A stretch of DNA of 64,000 nucleotides from Candidatus Wolfebacteria bacterium GW2011_GWE2_44_13 (GTDB lineage Bacteria > Patescibacteriota > Minisyncoccia > UBA6257 > UBA9933). The position numbers were made by a program, and so were the translations under genes. The notes beneath the pieces were generated by a model, which had not been told where the DNA came from, made no database searches, and saw only the letters and a program-made list of their open reading frames with translations. Positions 8,996-18,237 of this stretch are shown piece after piece (the stretch's first letter is position 1; each line of letters begins with the position of its first letter). The DNA is taken from NCBI GenBank assembly GCA_001000675.1, contig LCHW01000001.1, positions 360,875-424,874 on the forward strand. Reading direction: 5' to 3'.

Positions 8996-9022
8996 AAGCC
9001 CCCTCTTAATGGGGGCTTTTTG
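8996..9022 (+). terminator. Intrinsic terminator.
   Basis: aagccccctc-ttaat-gggggctttttg. Confidence 0.6.
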
Positions 9023-9065
9023 TACACACTAGCATATCGTTTTCTATGGAGTACAATATATAGAT

Positions 9066-9845
9066 ATGGAACGCCATAAGAAGCAGTATACAGAACAGGT
9101 GCTTACTGTATTCGCATTTAGCTGGATTGCGTGGTTTTTGTTTCCGATACTATTTCTTATAGGTGCGCTTGTTTTTAAGTTTTCTGCCCTGCAGCCCATT
9201 ATTTCGGATGATCGATTCTGGTGGGCATTTATTATCAGTCTTATTTCTGCTTTTGTGGTTGTTGTGCTTACTGCATTGTTTGTTGTCCCTACGGCGTACG
9301 TATTTGCGTATAAAGAATTTCGTTTTAAGAAATTCTTGGAAACGCTGTTAATTGAAATTCCGCAAACGTTGCCACCGGTTGCGGTTGGTGTAATTTATGT
9401 GTTTGCATTTGGCGTACATTCACCTATCCACTTGGCGTTTACGTTTGCAGCGGTTGTTATTGCTAAGCTTATTGTCTCAGCTCCTTTTGCCCTTGGGTAC
9501 GTATTGCGAAAATTTAGAGAAATACGCGCGTCTAAAATAGATTTAGTTGCGCGCTCGTTGGGGGCAAATACGTACACGGTTATCTTTCGCGTGCTTGTGC
9601 CTATGGCACGACAGGATATTATTGCGGGTCTTACGCTTGCATGGGCGCGAGCAATGGGGGAGTTTGGTGGTTCACTTATTTTCGCAGGGGTTATTGCATA
9701 TAAGACGGAAATACTTCCAACGTATGCAAATCGAATAGTCCATACTGATCCGCTCCTTGCTCTCGGTGCCACGGCGATTATGGTGCTATTTTCTATCATT
9801 GCGTTAACTACGGCACGCATTGTCCTAACGAAGAAAAAGATATAA
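9066..9845 (+). CDS. ABC transporter permease, ModB/CysTW-like (molybdate/tungstate/sulfate type).
   Basis: EAA-like loop ARAMGEFGGSLIFAG is typical of ModB-family permeases, with multiple TM segments. Confidence 0.6.
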   Translation: MERHKKQYTEQVLTVFAFSWIAWFLFPILFLIGALVFKFSALQPIISDDRFWWAFIISLISAFVVVVLTALFVVPTAYVFAYKEFRFKKFLETLLIEIPQTLPPVAVGVIYVFAFGVHSPIHLAFTFAAVVIAKLIVSAPFALGYVLRKFREIRASKIDLVARSLGANTYTVIFRVLVPMARQDIIAGLTLAWARAMGEFGGSLIFAGVIAYKTEILPTYANRIVHTDPLLALGATAIMVLFSIIALTTARIVLTKKKI

Positions 9846-9854
9846 AACATAACA

Positions 9855-10517
9855 ATGCCAATACTAGCCATTAAACAATTAGTAAAAGCGTACGGGGCGC
9901 ATAGGGTTCTTGATCGACTTAATCTTGAAATTGCTGCAGGAGAAATTGTGGCGCTTATGGGAAAATCAGGAGTGGGGAAGACGACGTTGCTTTCTTGTAT
10001 TCTTGGATTTGAAAAACCAGATAGCGGAACAATCGAAATTAATGGGCGTGATGTTGCCAGAGTTGCTATTGAGGAACGACGGCTTGCATATGTGTCCCAG
10101 GATTACGGTTTATTTCCTCATTTGTCGGTGCGGGATAATATTGCTTTTGGAATGACGATACGCAAGAAGCCTCATACAGAAATTGATCAGCGGGTGCAAG
10201 AATTATTACATACTGTTGAGTTACCAAAAATAATATTGAACCGTGGCGTAGATCGGCTATCAGGGGGAGAGCGGCAACGCGTTGCGCTTGCGCGTGCGTT
10301 AGCAGTTGAGCCAAAGCTTTTCTTGTTTGACGAGCCGCTATCTGCAGTAGATATGGAAACGCGTGCTGAGGTTGGCGCAGAGCTACGGGCAATTATTAAA
10401 AAGCTTGCCATTCCTGCTATTGTTGTTACGCATGATCCGAATGATGCACGTACACTTGCCGACACAATATATCGGCTGGAAAATGGGGTGCTTCAAAAGA
10501 TTACTATAAAGGCATAA
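9855..10517 (+). CDS. ABC transporter ATP-binding protein lacking a C-terminal TOBE/Mop domain.
   Basis: Walker A GKSGVGKTT, signature LSGGERQRVALARAL and Walker B LFLFDEPLSAVD. Confidence 0.75.
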   Translation: MPILAIKQLVKAYGAHRVLDRLNLEIAAGEIVALMGKSGVGKTTLLSCILGFEKPDSGTIEINGRDVARVAIEERRLAYVSQDYGLFPHLSVRDNIAFGMTIRKKPHTEIDQRVQELLHTVELPKIILNRGVDRLSGGERQRVALARALAVEPKLFLFDEPLSAVDMETRAEVGAELRAIIKKLAIPAIVVTHDPNDARTLADTIYRLENGVLQKITIKA

Positions 10518-10618
10518 AAAATAGGGGGGGGTGAATTGCTTGACATTGTATATGTTTGTGTTGTAGTATGCACCTGCGCTACATAAGTAGCGACATTTGC
10601 ACTTTTAGGAGAAAAACG

Positions 10619-11158
10619 ATGACTGAAATGAAGCAGCAGAAGATTGCGCTTGATGCGCTACTGGTTGGAGCACCGCTTCTGACATTCCTGATGGAACTCG
10701 CTGCGATTGAAGAAAGCACGATTACTGAGGGTTTGCTTGAACCCATGCGGGAAGGCGAGATCGCACTGGGCGAGATGTTGCCCTTCGAAAAACGAGTTTT
10801 TGCGTGGTCTACTGCGCGCAAAGAGCAGGCGTCCCAAGAACTCAAGAGAATCAAGGAGACGCTGTGTGAGACTTGCGGAGCGTGCGATATCGTTGGTTCT
10901 GAATTCCGACAAGCATGCACCGCTGCCGTGAAGTTCGATGACGAAACGGATAAAGGGATTGCTTTTCTGCACGATTCAATTCGTGCGCGGTTTCCTGACG
11001 CTAAGGGGGCGTACTTGCTGCGCAAAGGGTTTATGGTTGTGCAGAGCGCGAAGCCGGAAAAATCTGCGCGGTCCGAGATGCACGTTCACGTTGTTTCTGG
11101 CTTCGGATTTGAGGGACTCCTCGGGATTCTTGCCTCCGGGTTAGCTCGGAAGTCATAA
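10619..11158 (+). CDS. Hypothetical protein; GC-elevated.
   Basis: Promoter TTGACA-17-TAGTAT, and RBS aggag 7 nt before the ATG at 10619. The longer ORF from 10556 lacks an RBS. Confidence 0.45.
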   Translation: MTEMKQQKIALDALLVGAPLLTFLMELAAIEESTITEGLLEPMREGEIALGEMLPFEKRVFAWSTARKEQASQELKRIKETLCETCGACDIVGSEFRQACTAAVKFDDETDKGIAFLHDSIRARFPDAKGAYLLRKGFMVVQSAKPEKSARSEMHVHVVSGFGFEGLLGILASGLARKS

Positions 11159-11162
11159 TCGT

Positions 11163-11216
11163 TCTCGCCTACGGGGCGAGAGCAGGGAGCTCGACGTTAT
11201 GTCGAGCTCTTTTTTG
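11163..11216 (+). terminator. Tandem hairpin terminator.
   Basis: tctcgcctacggggcgaga, then gagctcgacgttatgtcgagctctttttt. Confidence 0.55.
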
Positions 11217-11253
11217 TTGTATCGATAAGTGATGTATACTTTTATTATTACCT

Positions 11254-11814
11254 ATGGCGAAAGAAGTAAAAACAATTATATTGTGCAATCGAGCGATTAC
11301 CTATGATTTAAAAAAGAGCAGCCGTGCAAAACGGATGCGTATTTCTATTGGCGCTGGGGGAGCACTTTCTGTTACCGTGCCGTATCGATTTCCTGAACCA
11401 TTTATTGAACGATTTATGCGAGAAAAAGCAGGATGGATTTTGCGACAGATTACAGTATTTGAACAGCGGGGCGGAAGACTTACGCGGTATACGCGGGCGC
11501 ATTATTTGGAACATAAAGAAGCTGCTCGTGAGTTGGCACATACACGCTTGGCGCATTTTAATCAATTCTATAATTACTCATATGGGGATATTAGTATCCG
11601 TGATCAAAAAACGCGATGGGGGAGTTGTTCTCGTTCTGGCAACTTAAACTTTAATTATAAGCTTGCGGTCGTGCCTGAACATATTGCTGATTATGTTATT
11701 GTGCACGAACTGTGTCATCGGAAAGAATTTAACCACTCGAAGGCCTTTTGGGATTTGGTTGCGCGAACTATTCCTAATCATAAAGAAATTCGCAAGGAGT
11801 TAAAGTTACTATAA
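11254..11814 (+). CDS. YgjP/SprT-like metal-dependent hydrolase (DUF45, M48 superfamily).
   Basis: HELCHRKEFNHS zinc-binding HExxH motif in the typical position for the YgjP family. Confidence 0.6.
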   Translation: MAKEVKTIILCNRAITYDLKKSSRAKRMRISIGAGGALSVTVPYRFPEPFIERFMREKAGWILRQITVFEQRGGRLTRYTRAHYLEHKEAARELAHTRLAHFNQFYNYSYGDISIRDQKTRWGSCSRSGNLNFNYKLAVVPEHIADYVIVHELCHRKEFNHSKAFWDLVARTIPNHKEIRKELKLL

Positions 11815-11828
11815 AGAAGGAAGTAAGC

Positions 11829-11858
11829 GATAGCGCGCCTAATGGCGCGCTATTTTTG
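11829..11858 (+). terminator. Intrinsic terminator.
   Basis: tagcgcgcc-taat-ggcgcgcta-tttttg. Confidence 0.55.
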
Positions 11859-11931
11859 TAGGGGCTTGAAAGTGAATTGCGAGAGGTATAGAATAAAAAT
11901 TCCTCGTTTCTAAATTTATACAATACAGATT

Positions 11932-13569
11932 ATGAGTAAAAAAGCAGTATTTTCTAATATTCAAAATAACTGGAAGTCTGGTTTAACGGTTGCGCTTGTT
12001 GCGCTTCCGCTATCACTTTCGCTCGGCGTTGCCGCAGGTGCTACGCCGCTTATGGGCGTTATTACCGCTATTTGGGCAGGTCTTATTGCTGCCGTGTTTG
12101 GCGGAAACAATTATAACGTCGTTGGCCCTACGGGAGCACTTTCTGGAATCCTTGCAACATATGCGCTTATGTATGGTGCGGCCAGCTTGCCGTTTTTGGC
12201 AATTTTAAGTGGAATCATTATTCTTATTTTTTATGCATTGCATTGGGAGCGCTATATTGTGTTTATCCCTGCGAGCGTAGTGCATGGGTTTACACTTGGT
12301 GTTGCATTTATTATTGGATTAAATCAATTAAACTTCGCGCTTGGATTAACGGGCTTGCCTAGCCATGAACGATTTTTTGATAATGTTATCGAATCTTTTT
12401 CGCATATTGGAGAGACGAGTTTGGTTGCTGTCGTGTTATTCGCAATCGCCTTGGCTGTAATTATTGCATTACGGAAATATACACCTCGTATTCCTGGGGC
12501 TATCGCGATTGCGCCGTTCGGTATTTTAATTGGATGGCTTGCTGAGCGGGGGACTATCACACTCCCAGTGCAAACAATTGCATCAAAGTTCGGTTCTATT
12601 CCGAATGCAATTGCGAGTATACCGCATTTTTCTTTTGCAATGATTGGACAGGGAGCGATTGTTGCGGCACTTACTATTGCTGTTGTTGCAATTCTTGAAA
12701 CATTGATGTCGGCAAAAATTGCTGACGGAACAACAAAGACAAAGTCGGATCAGCGCAAAGAGGTTTTTGGACTTGGTCTTGCAAACATAGCTTCGGGTAT
12801 GTTTGGAGGTATACCAGCAACCGCTGCACTTGCGCGTACATCGCTTAATATTAAGAGTGGGGCAACGCATAAAACATCGGCTGCCATTGCATCGATTGGG
12901 GTTGTTGTTATTGCGCTTGTTTTATTGACCGGATTCCAGTATTTACCGTTGGCATTTGTTGCCGCGATTCTTGTTTCTGTTGCTTTGTTTATGGTTGAAC
13001 GCGAACATTTTATTCATTTATATCGTTATGATAAAAAAGTTTTTGGTCTTGCGCTTGTGGTCGCGGGCATTACAATTGTTGAAGATCCAATTATCGGTAT
13101 TCTCGTGGGTTCGGTTGCTGCACTTTTAATGTTCGTCAATACGCTTTCGTTTGCAGAAAGTGAGGTTACGATTAACAAAGGAGGAGCTATTGTTGGCAGG
13201 CATCGTTCCGATGAGCTAGAAGAACTTGAGGATCATGGTGATATTCTTGTGTATCGATTTGCGGGGCAATTGACCTATATTAATTCGCAAGGGCACTTAC
13301 AGTCATTGGCACATATCAGACCAGAAACAAAGATAATCGTATTGAGTTTCCGCAACCTCTTTTACATTGATATCGACGGCGTCGATTCAATTACTGAAAT
13401 GATAGAGATGCTTGAACAGAACGGAAAGACGGTATATTTGTCGAGTGTAAATCAACATGTGCGGACGGTTGTTAGCCAGGCGCCGTGGTATGCACGCATG
13501 AAGCAGGAGGGGCGCAAGTTCGAATCTGTTTCACAGGCACTTAAACAGCTCACTGCTGAAACGAAATAA
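11932..13569 (+). CDS. SulP-family anion transporter with a C-terminal STAS domain.
   Basis: Multi-TM core with SulP-like motifs, and a STAS-like C-terminus (ILVYRFAGQLTYINS...LSSVNQHVRTVV). Confidence 0.75.
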   Translation: MSKKAVFSNIQNNWKSGLTVALVALPLSLSLGVAAGATPLMGVITAIWAGLIAAVFGGNNYNVVGPTGALSGILATYALMYGAASLPFLAILSGIIILIFYALHWERYIVFIPASVVHGFTLGVAFIIGLNQLNFALGLTGLPSHERFFDNVIESFSHIGETSLVAVVLFAIALAVIIALRKYTPRIPGAIAIAPFGILIGWLAERGTITLPVQTIASKFGSIPNAIASIPHFSFAMIGQGAIVAALTIAVVAILETLMSAKIADGTTKTKSDQRKEVFGLGLANIASGMFGGIPATAALARTSLNIKSGATHKTSAAIASIGVVVIALVLLTGFQYLPLAFVAAILVSVALFMVEREHFIHLYRYDKKVFGLALVVAGITIVEDPIIGILVGSVAALLMFVNTLSFAESEVTINKGGAIVGRHRSDELEELEDHGDILVYRFAGQLTYINSQGHLQSLAHIRPETKIIVLSFRNLFYIDIDGVDSITEMIEMLEQNGKTVYLSSVNQHVRTVVSQAPWYARMKQEGRKFESVSQALKQLTAETK

Positions 13570-13574
13570 ATCAA

Positions 13575-13604
13575 CGAAAAAGAGCGTAAAAACGCTCTTT
13601 TTCG
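13575..13604 (+). terminator. Intrinsic terminator.
   Basis: cgaaaaagagcg-taaaaa-cgctctttttcg. Confidence 0.55.
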
Positions 13605-13642
13605 TTGCACAGTCCTTGAGAGAATGGTATACTTACCCCATT

Positions 13643-14674
13643 ATGGTAGATAAACTCTCTAGTATTAAAGCGTCTTTTGAGGCGGATGTGCAATTGGTGA
13701 CTAATCTCGAACAGTGGGAGGTGTTACGCGTAAAATACCTTGGACGGAAGAGTCAATTGAGCGACGCAATGAGTCTTTTGAAAGATCTCTCGGGCGACCA
13801 GCGACGTGATTTTGGTAAGCACGCAAATGAAGTGCGTACTTTTTTGGAAGTAGTTTTAGAAGATACACGTATTGCATTAGAAGCTAAAGGCACGCATGCA
13901 AATCGCATTGATGTAACTCGACCAGGCACTAAAAAACAAACAGGGCATTTGCATCCGTTGACACGCGTAGAAGATGAGATTAAACAAATCTTTTTGGCAA
14001 TGAATTTTTCGGTTGTTGAAGGACCAGAAATAGAAACTGAACATTATAACTTTGATGCACTTAATGTTCCGGCAAATCATCCAGCCCGTGAAATGTGGGA
14101 TACGTTTTGGATAAAAGGAGAACAGGGCAAGCAAAAAGGGAAAACCGGACCAACAGAAGCGCTCCGCTATTTATTGCGCACCCATACAAGTCCGATGCAA
14201 ATTCGGTATATGGAAAAGAATACGCCTCCGTTTCAGATTATCGTCCCTGGGCGTGTGTTTCGCTATGAAGCAACCGACGCTTCGCATGAAATAAATTTCT
14301 ATCAAATGGAGGGGTTGATGGTTGGCCCGCATATTTCGTTGGCTAACTTTAAATATGTTATTGAAGAATTTTTCAAAAAGTTTTTCAACGATCCTGCGAT
14401 GCAATTTCGTTTTCGCCCGAGTTATTTTCCATTTGTAGAGCCAGGAGTTGAAGTGGATATCAAACGAAAAGGAGATTCGAAATGGCTCGAAGTCATGGGC
14501 GCAGGTATGGTACATCGCAATGTACTTAAAGCGGTTGGGTACAATCCTGAAGAAGTACAAGGTTTTGCATTTGGTATGGGTACAGATCGTTTAGCTATGT
14601 TGAAATATAAAATTCCGGATATTCGATTACTATATAGCGGGGATTTGCGGTTTATTCAGCAATTCAAAAAGTGA
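13643..14674 (+). CDS. pheS: Phenylalanine--tRNA ligase alpha subunit.
   Basis: Class II aaRS motifs (FRYEATDASHEINFYQMEG, GAGMVHRNVLKAVGYNPEEVQGFAFGMGTDRLAML). Start taken at MVDKLSS; the TTG at 13616 is also possible. Confidence 0.85.
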   Translation: MVDKLSSIKASFEADVQLVTNLEQWEVLRVKYLGRKSQLSDAMSLLKDLSGDQRRDFGKHANEVRTFLEVVLEDTRIALEAKGTHANRIDVTRPGTKKQTGHLHPLTRVEDEIKQIFLAMNFSVVEGPEIETEHYNFDALNVPANHPAREMWDTFWIKGEQGKQKGKTGPTEALRYLLRTHTSPMQIRYMEKNTPPFQIIVPGRVFRYEATDASHEINFYQMEGLMVGPHISLANFKYVIEEFFKKFFNDPAMQFRFRPSYFPFVEPGVEVDIKRKGDSKWLEVMGAGMVHRNVLKAVGYNPEEVQGFAFGMGTDRLAMLKYKIPDIRLLYSGDLRFIQQFKK

Positions 14675-14822
14675 CGATGCATGTGTTCGCCGAATTACTG
14701 CGTTACGGGTCCCTGTCGATTCAGTCGCTGTATCAGTAAATACAGCTCTCTCGTCGACCTTCCCGTGCCTTGTACTTCATCCAAACACAAGCATCATCGG
14801 GGAGAGTTAATAATTATATATC

Positions 14823-16853
14823 ATGAAGTTCTCTTATACACTATTAAAAAAACTTGTTCCAGAAATTAAAAACCCTAAAGCATTAGAGGAGCATCTTTCG
14901 TTATATGCATTTGAAGTTGACGGTATAGAAGAAAAAACCTTCGATATTAAGCTTCCTGCGAATCGATATGGAGATGCGGCTTCACATTGGGGTGTTGCGC
15001 AAGAAATCGCTGCGACCATGGGGATTCGTTTCAGCGAGCAGCGTGCAATCGCAACGCTCTTAACAAGGCAAGTTACTACAACCGGAAAACAACCTCTAAG
15101 CGTTACAATTGAAGCGAAAGATCTATGTGCTCGCTATATTGGTGCTTATTGTGAAAATGTGAAGGTAGGCGAGTCTCCAAAATGGATTAAAGAGATTTTA
15201 ACTGAATGTGGTATGCGCCCTATTAATAACGTTGTTGATATTATGAATTACGTTATGCTTGAAACAGGGCAGCCGTTGCATGCGTTTGATTATGATAAAT
15301 TGGAGGGTGGAAAACTTATTGTTCGTCGGGCACGAAAAGGCGAGTCAATTGTTACGCTCGATGATCAAGAAGTTTCATTGACTGAGGATATGTTAATTAT
15401 CGCAGATGCAAAACGTCCGCTTGCTATCGCGGGTATTAAAGGCGGAAAATTAGCCGAAGTTGATACGCATACAAAGCGTATTGTAATTGAGGCGGCAAAT
15501 TTTGATCCGGTAAGTATTTATAAAACATCGCGCGCCGTTGGTATCTTGACTGATGCCTCTGCTCGGTTTGCACGAACATTGAGCCCTGAGCTTGCAACAC
15601 TGGGCGCTATTCGTTCAAAAATGCTTCTGCAGTCAATTATGGATTTGAAGCAGAAAGGGGTCGTTGATATCTATCCCAAAAAACAAGCAAAGAAAATTTT
15701 GAAATTTGAGCTTAACCGCTGCAACGCCTTTTTAGGAACTGCATTTGATGTAAAGACGGTGCGGACCTATTTTGAATTACTTGGATTTACCATCACTCCT
15801 TTCAATAAGACTCCTATTGCGGCTGGAACGTTTTTAGTAACTGCTCCTGCGTTGCGCACTGATATCGAGCATCCAAATGATCTCTATGAAGAAATAGTGC
15901 GATTGCATGGATTTGGAAATTTACGGTCCGCTGCTCCCTATGTACATCTTGTACCATCAGGATTTGAAGATGGTGTTGTATTGAAAGATAAAGTCCGCAG
16001 AGTGCTTACTTCGCTTGGTATGGATGAAGTATATAATCACTCGTTCGTAAGTGACCAATTTGGGCATGATGATGCAGATATTCGCGCTGAGCTTGTTGCT
16101 TTAGAAAATCCGATTAGTAAGGAATATACGTTTATGCGCCCAACACTTGCCGGAGGATTGCATGGCAATGTGGAGTCGAATAGCCGCTACTTTGATGCTA
16201 TTGCAGCGTTTGAAGTTGGGAGAGTATTTGCAAAACATAAAAAAGAGATCAAGGAAAATAATATGCTTGGTATCGTTTTGGCGAGCAAGGGAACTGAGCA
16301 ATTCTTCGAGTTGAAAGGTTTACTGCACGAATTATTTAAGCGCATTGGCTTAAACGATGTAACGATGTATGAAAATGCGGAACAAGAGCCACGATTTGCA
16401 GGAGCATATATTAGTGATCAAGAAATGCTTTGTATCGAGTCTGATGGGGAATGCCTTGGGTATCTAGCAAAAATGAAACACTTACCTGCAAAATGGCACG
16501 GTAGTATTGTTGAGCTCGATATGGCTCTTTTAACGAAGCTTGTCGTTGCTGAACATGAATATGTGCCGTTGCCAAAATATCCGTCGATTGTGCGTGATAT
16601 TTCCGTGCTTGTTAATACACGTGAACGCGTTGGCGATATTATGCAAGCAATGCAACTTGCCGATAGCGCAATTATTGAAGATGTCGACTTGATTGATGAA
16701 TATGAAAACGAAAAGCTTGATGGTAAGCGCAGTCTTACCTTCCGAATTATATTTCAGGCAGAAGATCGTACGTTAACTGACGAGATCGTGAATAAGGATA
16801 TGGAAGCTATTGTCGCGCTTCTTCGAAAGAAATTTTCAGCAGAAATTCGATAA
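14823..16853 (+). CDS. pheT: Phenylalanine--tRNA ligase beta subunit (short form, 676 aa).
   Basis: The N-terminus MKFSYTLLKKLVPEI is the PheT signature. B3/4 and B5 core regions are present. It lies directly downstream of pheS. Confidence 0.85.
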   Translation: MKFSYTLLKKLVPEIKNPKALEEHLSLYAFEVDGIEEKTFDIKLPANRYGDAASHWGVAQEIAATMGIRFSEQRAIATLLTRQVTTTGKQPLSVTIEAKDLCARYIGAYCENVKVGESPKWIKEILTECGMRPINNVVDIMNYVMLETGQPLHAFDYDKLEGGKLIVRRARKGESIVTLDDQEVSLTEDMLIIADAKRPLAIAGIKGGKLAEVDTHTKRIVIEAANFDPVSIYKTSRAVGILTDASARFARTLSPELATLGAIRSKMLLQSIMDLKQKGVVDIYPKKQAKKILKFELNRCNAFLGTAFDVKTVRTYFELLGFTITPFNKTPIAAGTFLVTAPALRTDIEHPNDLYEEIVRLHGFGNLRSAAPYVHLVPSGFEDGVVLKDKVRRVLTSLGMDEVYNHSFVSDQFGHDDADIRAELVALENPISKEYTFMRPTLAGGLHGNVESNSRYFDAIAAFEVGRVFAKHKKEIKENNMLGIVLASKGTEQFFELKGLLHELFKRIGLNDVTMYENAEQEPRFAGAYISDQEMLCIESDGECLGYLAKMKHLPAKWHGSIVELDMALLTKLVVAEHEYVPLPKYPSIVRDISVLVNTRERVGDIMQAMQLADSAIIEDVDLIDEYENEKLDGKRSLTFRIIFQAEDRTLTDEIVNKDMEAIVALLRKKFSAEIR

Positions 16854-16856
16854 TCT

Positions 16857-17228
16857 ATGGAACAACTTACTCAAAATGAACAATATAAGGAGGGAGATAG
16901 CGTTGAGCGCGTAGCTAATGTGCAGGACACATCTTTTGAACAAGGAGGAGGCGCACTTCTTGCTGAATCAAAAGAAGCGTATGAAAATGATTTAATGCAT
17001 ATAAAAATCGCATTGGAACATAAACGCGCTGCGCTTGATGAGCTTGAACAAGCAGCCGCTGCGCACGCATCAGTAAAAATTGATGCGTTTGCTGTTTTAC
17101 AAAATGATCTAGAAGGAAAAATTAAGAAAGCGCATTCTGATATTGAACTTTTAGAAACATTGCGTCGTGTTACACAACAACGACTAGCGCTATTGATTGA
17201 AGAAAAGGCTGACGAGATTGCCGAGTAA
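16857..17228 (+). CDS. Hypothetical coiled-coil protein (possible ZapA-like, by position after pheT).
   Basis: Heptad-rich 123-aa ORF translationally coupled to pheT. The assignment is tentative. Confidence 0.3.
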   Translation: MEQLTQNEQYKEGDSVERVANVQDTSFEQGGGALLAESKEAYENDLMHIKIALEHKRAALDELEQAAAAHASVKIDAFAVLQNDLEGKIKKAHSDIELLETLRRVTQQRLALLIEEKADEIAE

Positions 17229-17235
17229 CCATACC

Positions 17236-17649
17236 ATGGAACATCATACACAAACTGCTGGTGGGGTTGTGCTTAACGCAGATGGAGATGTGCTTATTGT
17301 AAATCAAGGTGGTGTACATTGGTCATTACCCAAAGGACATATTGAAGCAGGGGAATCTGCCCTTGTTGCTGCGCAGCGAGAAATTGGCGAAGAGGCGGGC
17401 GTTGACGAACTAACCCTGATCAAAGAGCTAGGAACGTATCAGCGTTACCAAATGAATTGGGATGGCAGCAATAACCCCGAAGAATTTAAAGACATTACGC
17501 TTTTTCTTTTTCATACAAAACAACGTGAACTACATCCACGCGATGCCGATAATCCATCTGCAAAATGGGTTCCGAAGAACGAAGTTGTATATGTGCTTAC
17601 AAATCCGAAAGATAAAGAATTTTTTTTCGGCATTGTCGATCAGCTGTAG
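17236..17649 (+). CDS. NUDIX hydrolase.
   Basis: Nudix box GHIEAGESALVAAQREIGEEAGV. Confidence 0.7.
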   Translation: MEHHTQTAGGVVLNADGDVLIVNQGGVHWSLPKGHIEAGESALVAAQREIGEEAGVDELTLIKELGTYQRYQMNWDGSNNPEEFKDITLFLFHTKQRELHPRDADNPSAKWVPKNEVVYVLTNPKDKEFFFGIVDQL

Positions 17650-17658
17650 TATAAAAAT

Positions 17659-17688
17659 AAAGCGCCCCCGGAGATGGGGGCGTTTTTG
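17659..17688. terminator. Bidirectional intrinsic terminator.
   Basis: aaagcgcccccg-gaga-tgggggcgttttt sits between convergent genes. Confidence 0.55.
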
Positions 17689-17707
17689 AAGTAGTGCCAA
17701 TAACCTT

Positions 17708-18100
17708 TTACTGGTACGTGGCGATGGCCTTTTGTGCTGCCTGGAGAACCAATTGATGGTCGGCGAATGCGAACCGCTGTGGTTCCAGCGATGCTCCGAG
17801 CTTGAGCTCGATACCGCTTCCATCGAGATAGACGACGCTTCGCACGAGATAATGGTTTTTGATGGCGAGCCTTTCAGTCGGCCAGTCAATGTCGATCTTG
17901 AACTGACCGGGGGAATCGGTCTGCTTCGTGATGTAGAGCAGCTCTGCTTTCCGAGGGCGCTTACGGCCTTCGGCTACCACAGGCCTTGCAACCGGCATTC
18001 TTTCGAGCGCGGTGTTCTTCCTGTCGACTGCAAGTGACAGAATGTTGAAAAGCAGATGCGCAATTTCTTCAGGATTCAATTCATTCGCGGCTTTGCTCAT
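17708..18100 (-). CDS. Hypothetical protein; GC-elevated.
   Basis: 130-aa ORF in a GC-richer patch; no motif recognised. Confidence 0.4.
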   Translation of the reverse strand: MSKAANELNPEEIAHLLFNILSLAVDRKNTALERMPVARPVVAEGRKRPRKAELLYITKQTDSPGQFKIDIDWPTERLAIKNHYLVRSVVYLDGSGIELKLGASLEPQRFAFADHQLVLQAAQKAIATYQ

Positions 18101-18237
18101 GGGGCCTCCTCGGGAATGGGGTTAAATATGCTGTATTTTTTATATTCTATTTATCTCGCGATGTCAATTCATTCATGTAGCTATTTCATTACCATTGTTC
18201 GTTTTTTCGCATGTACCTATGGTATAATTAATGCATT

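Noticed and set aside
10556-10618. Upstream extension of the 10619-11158 ORF.
   Set aside because: The RBS aggag sits 7 nt before the ATG at 10619, and the promoter -10 (TAGTAT) lies at 10566-10571, inside the extension.
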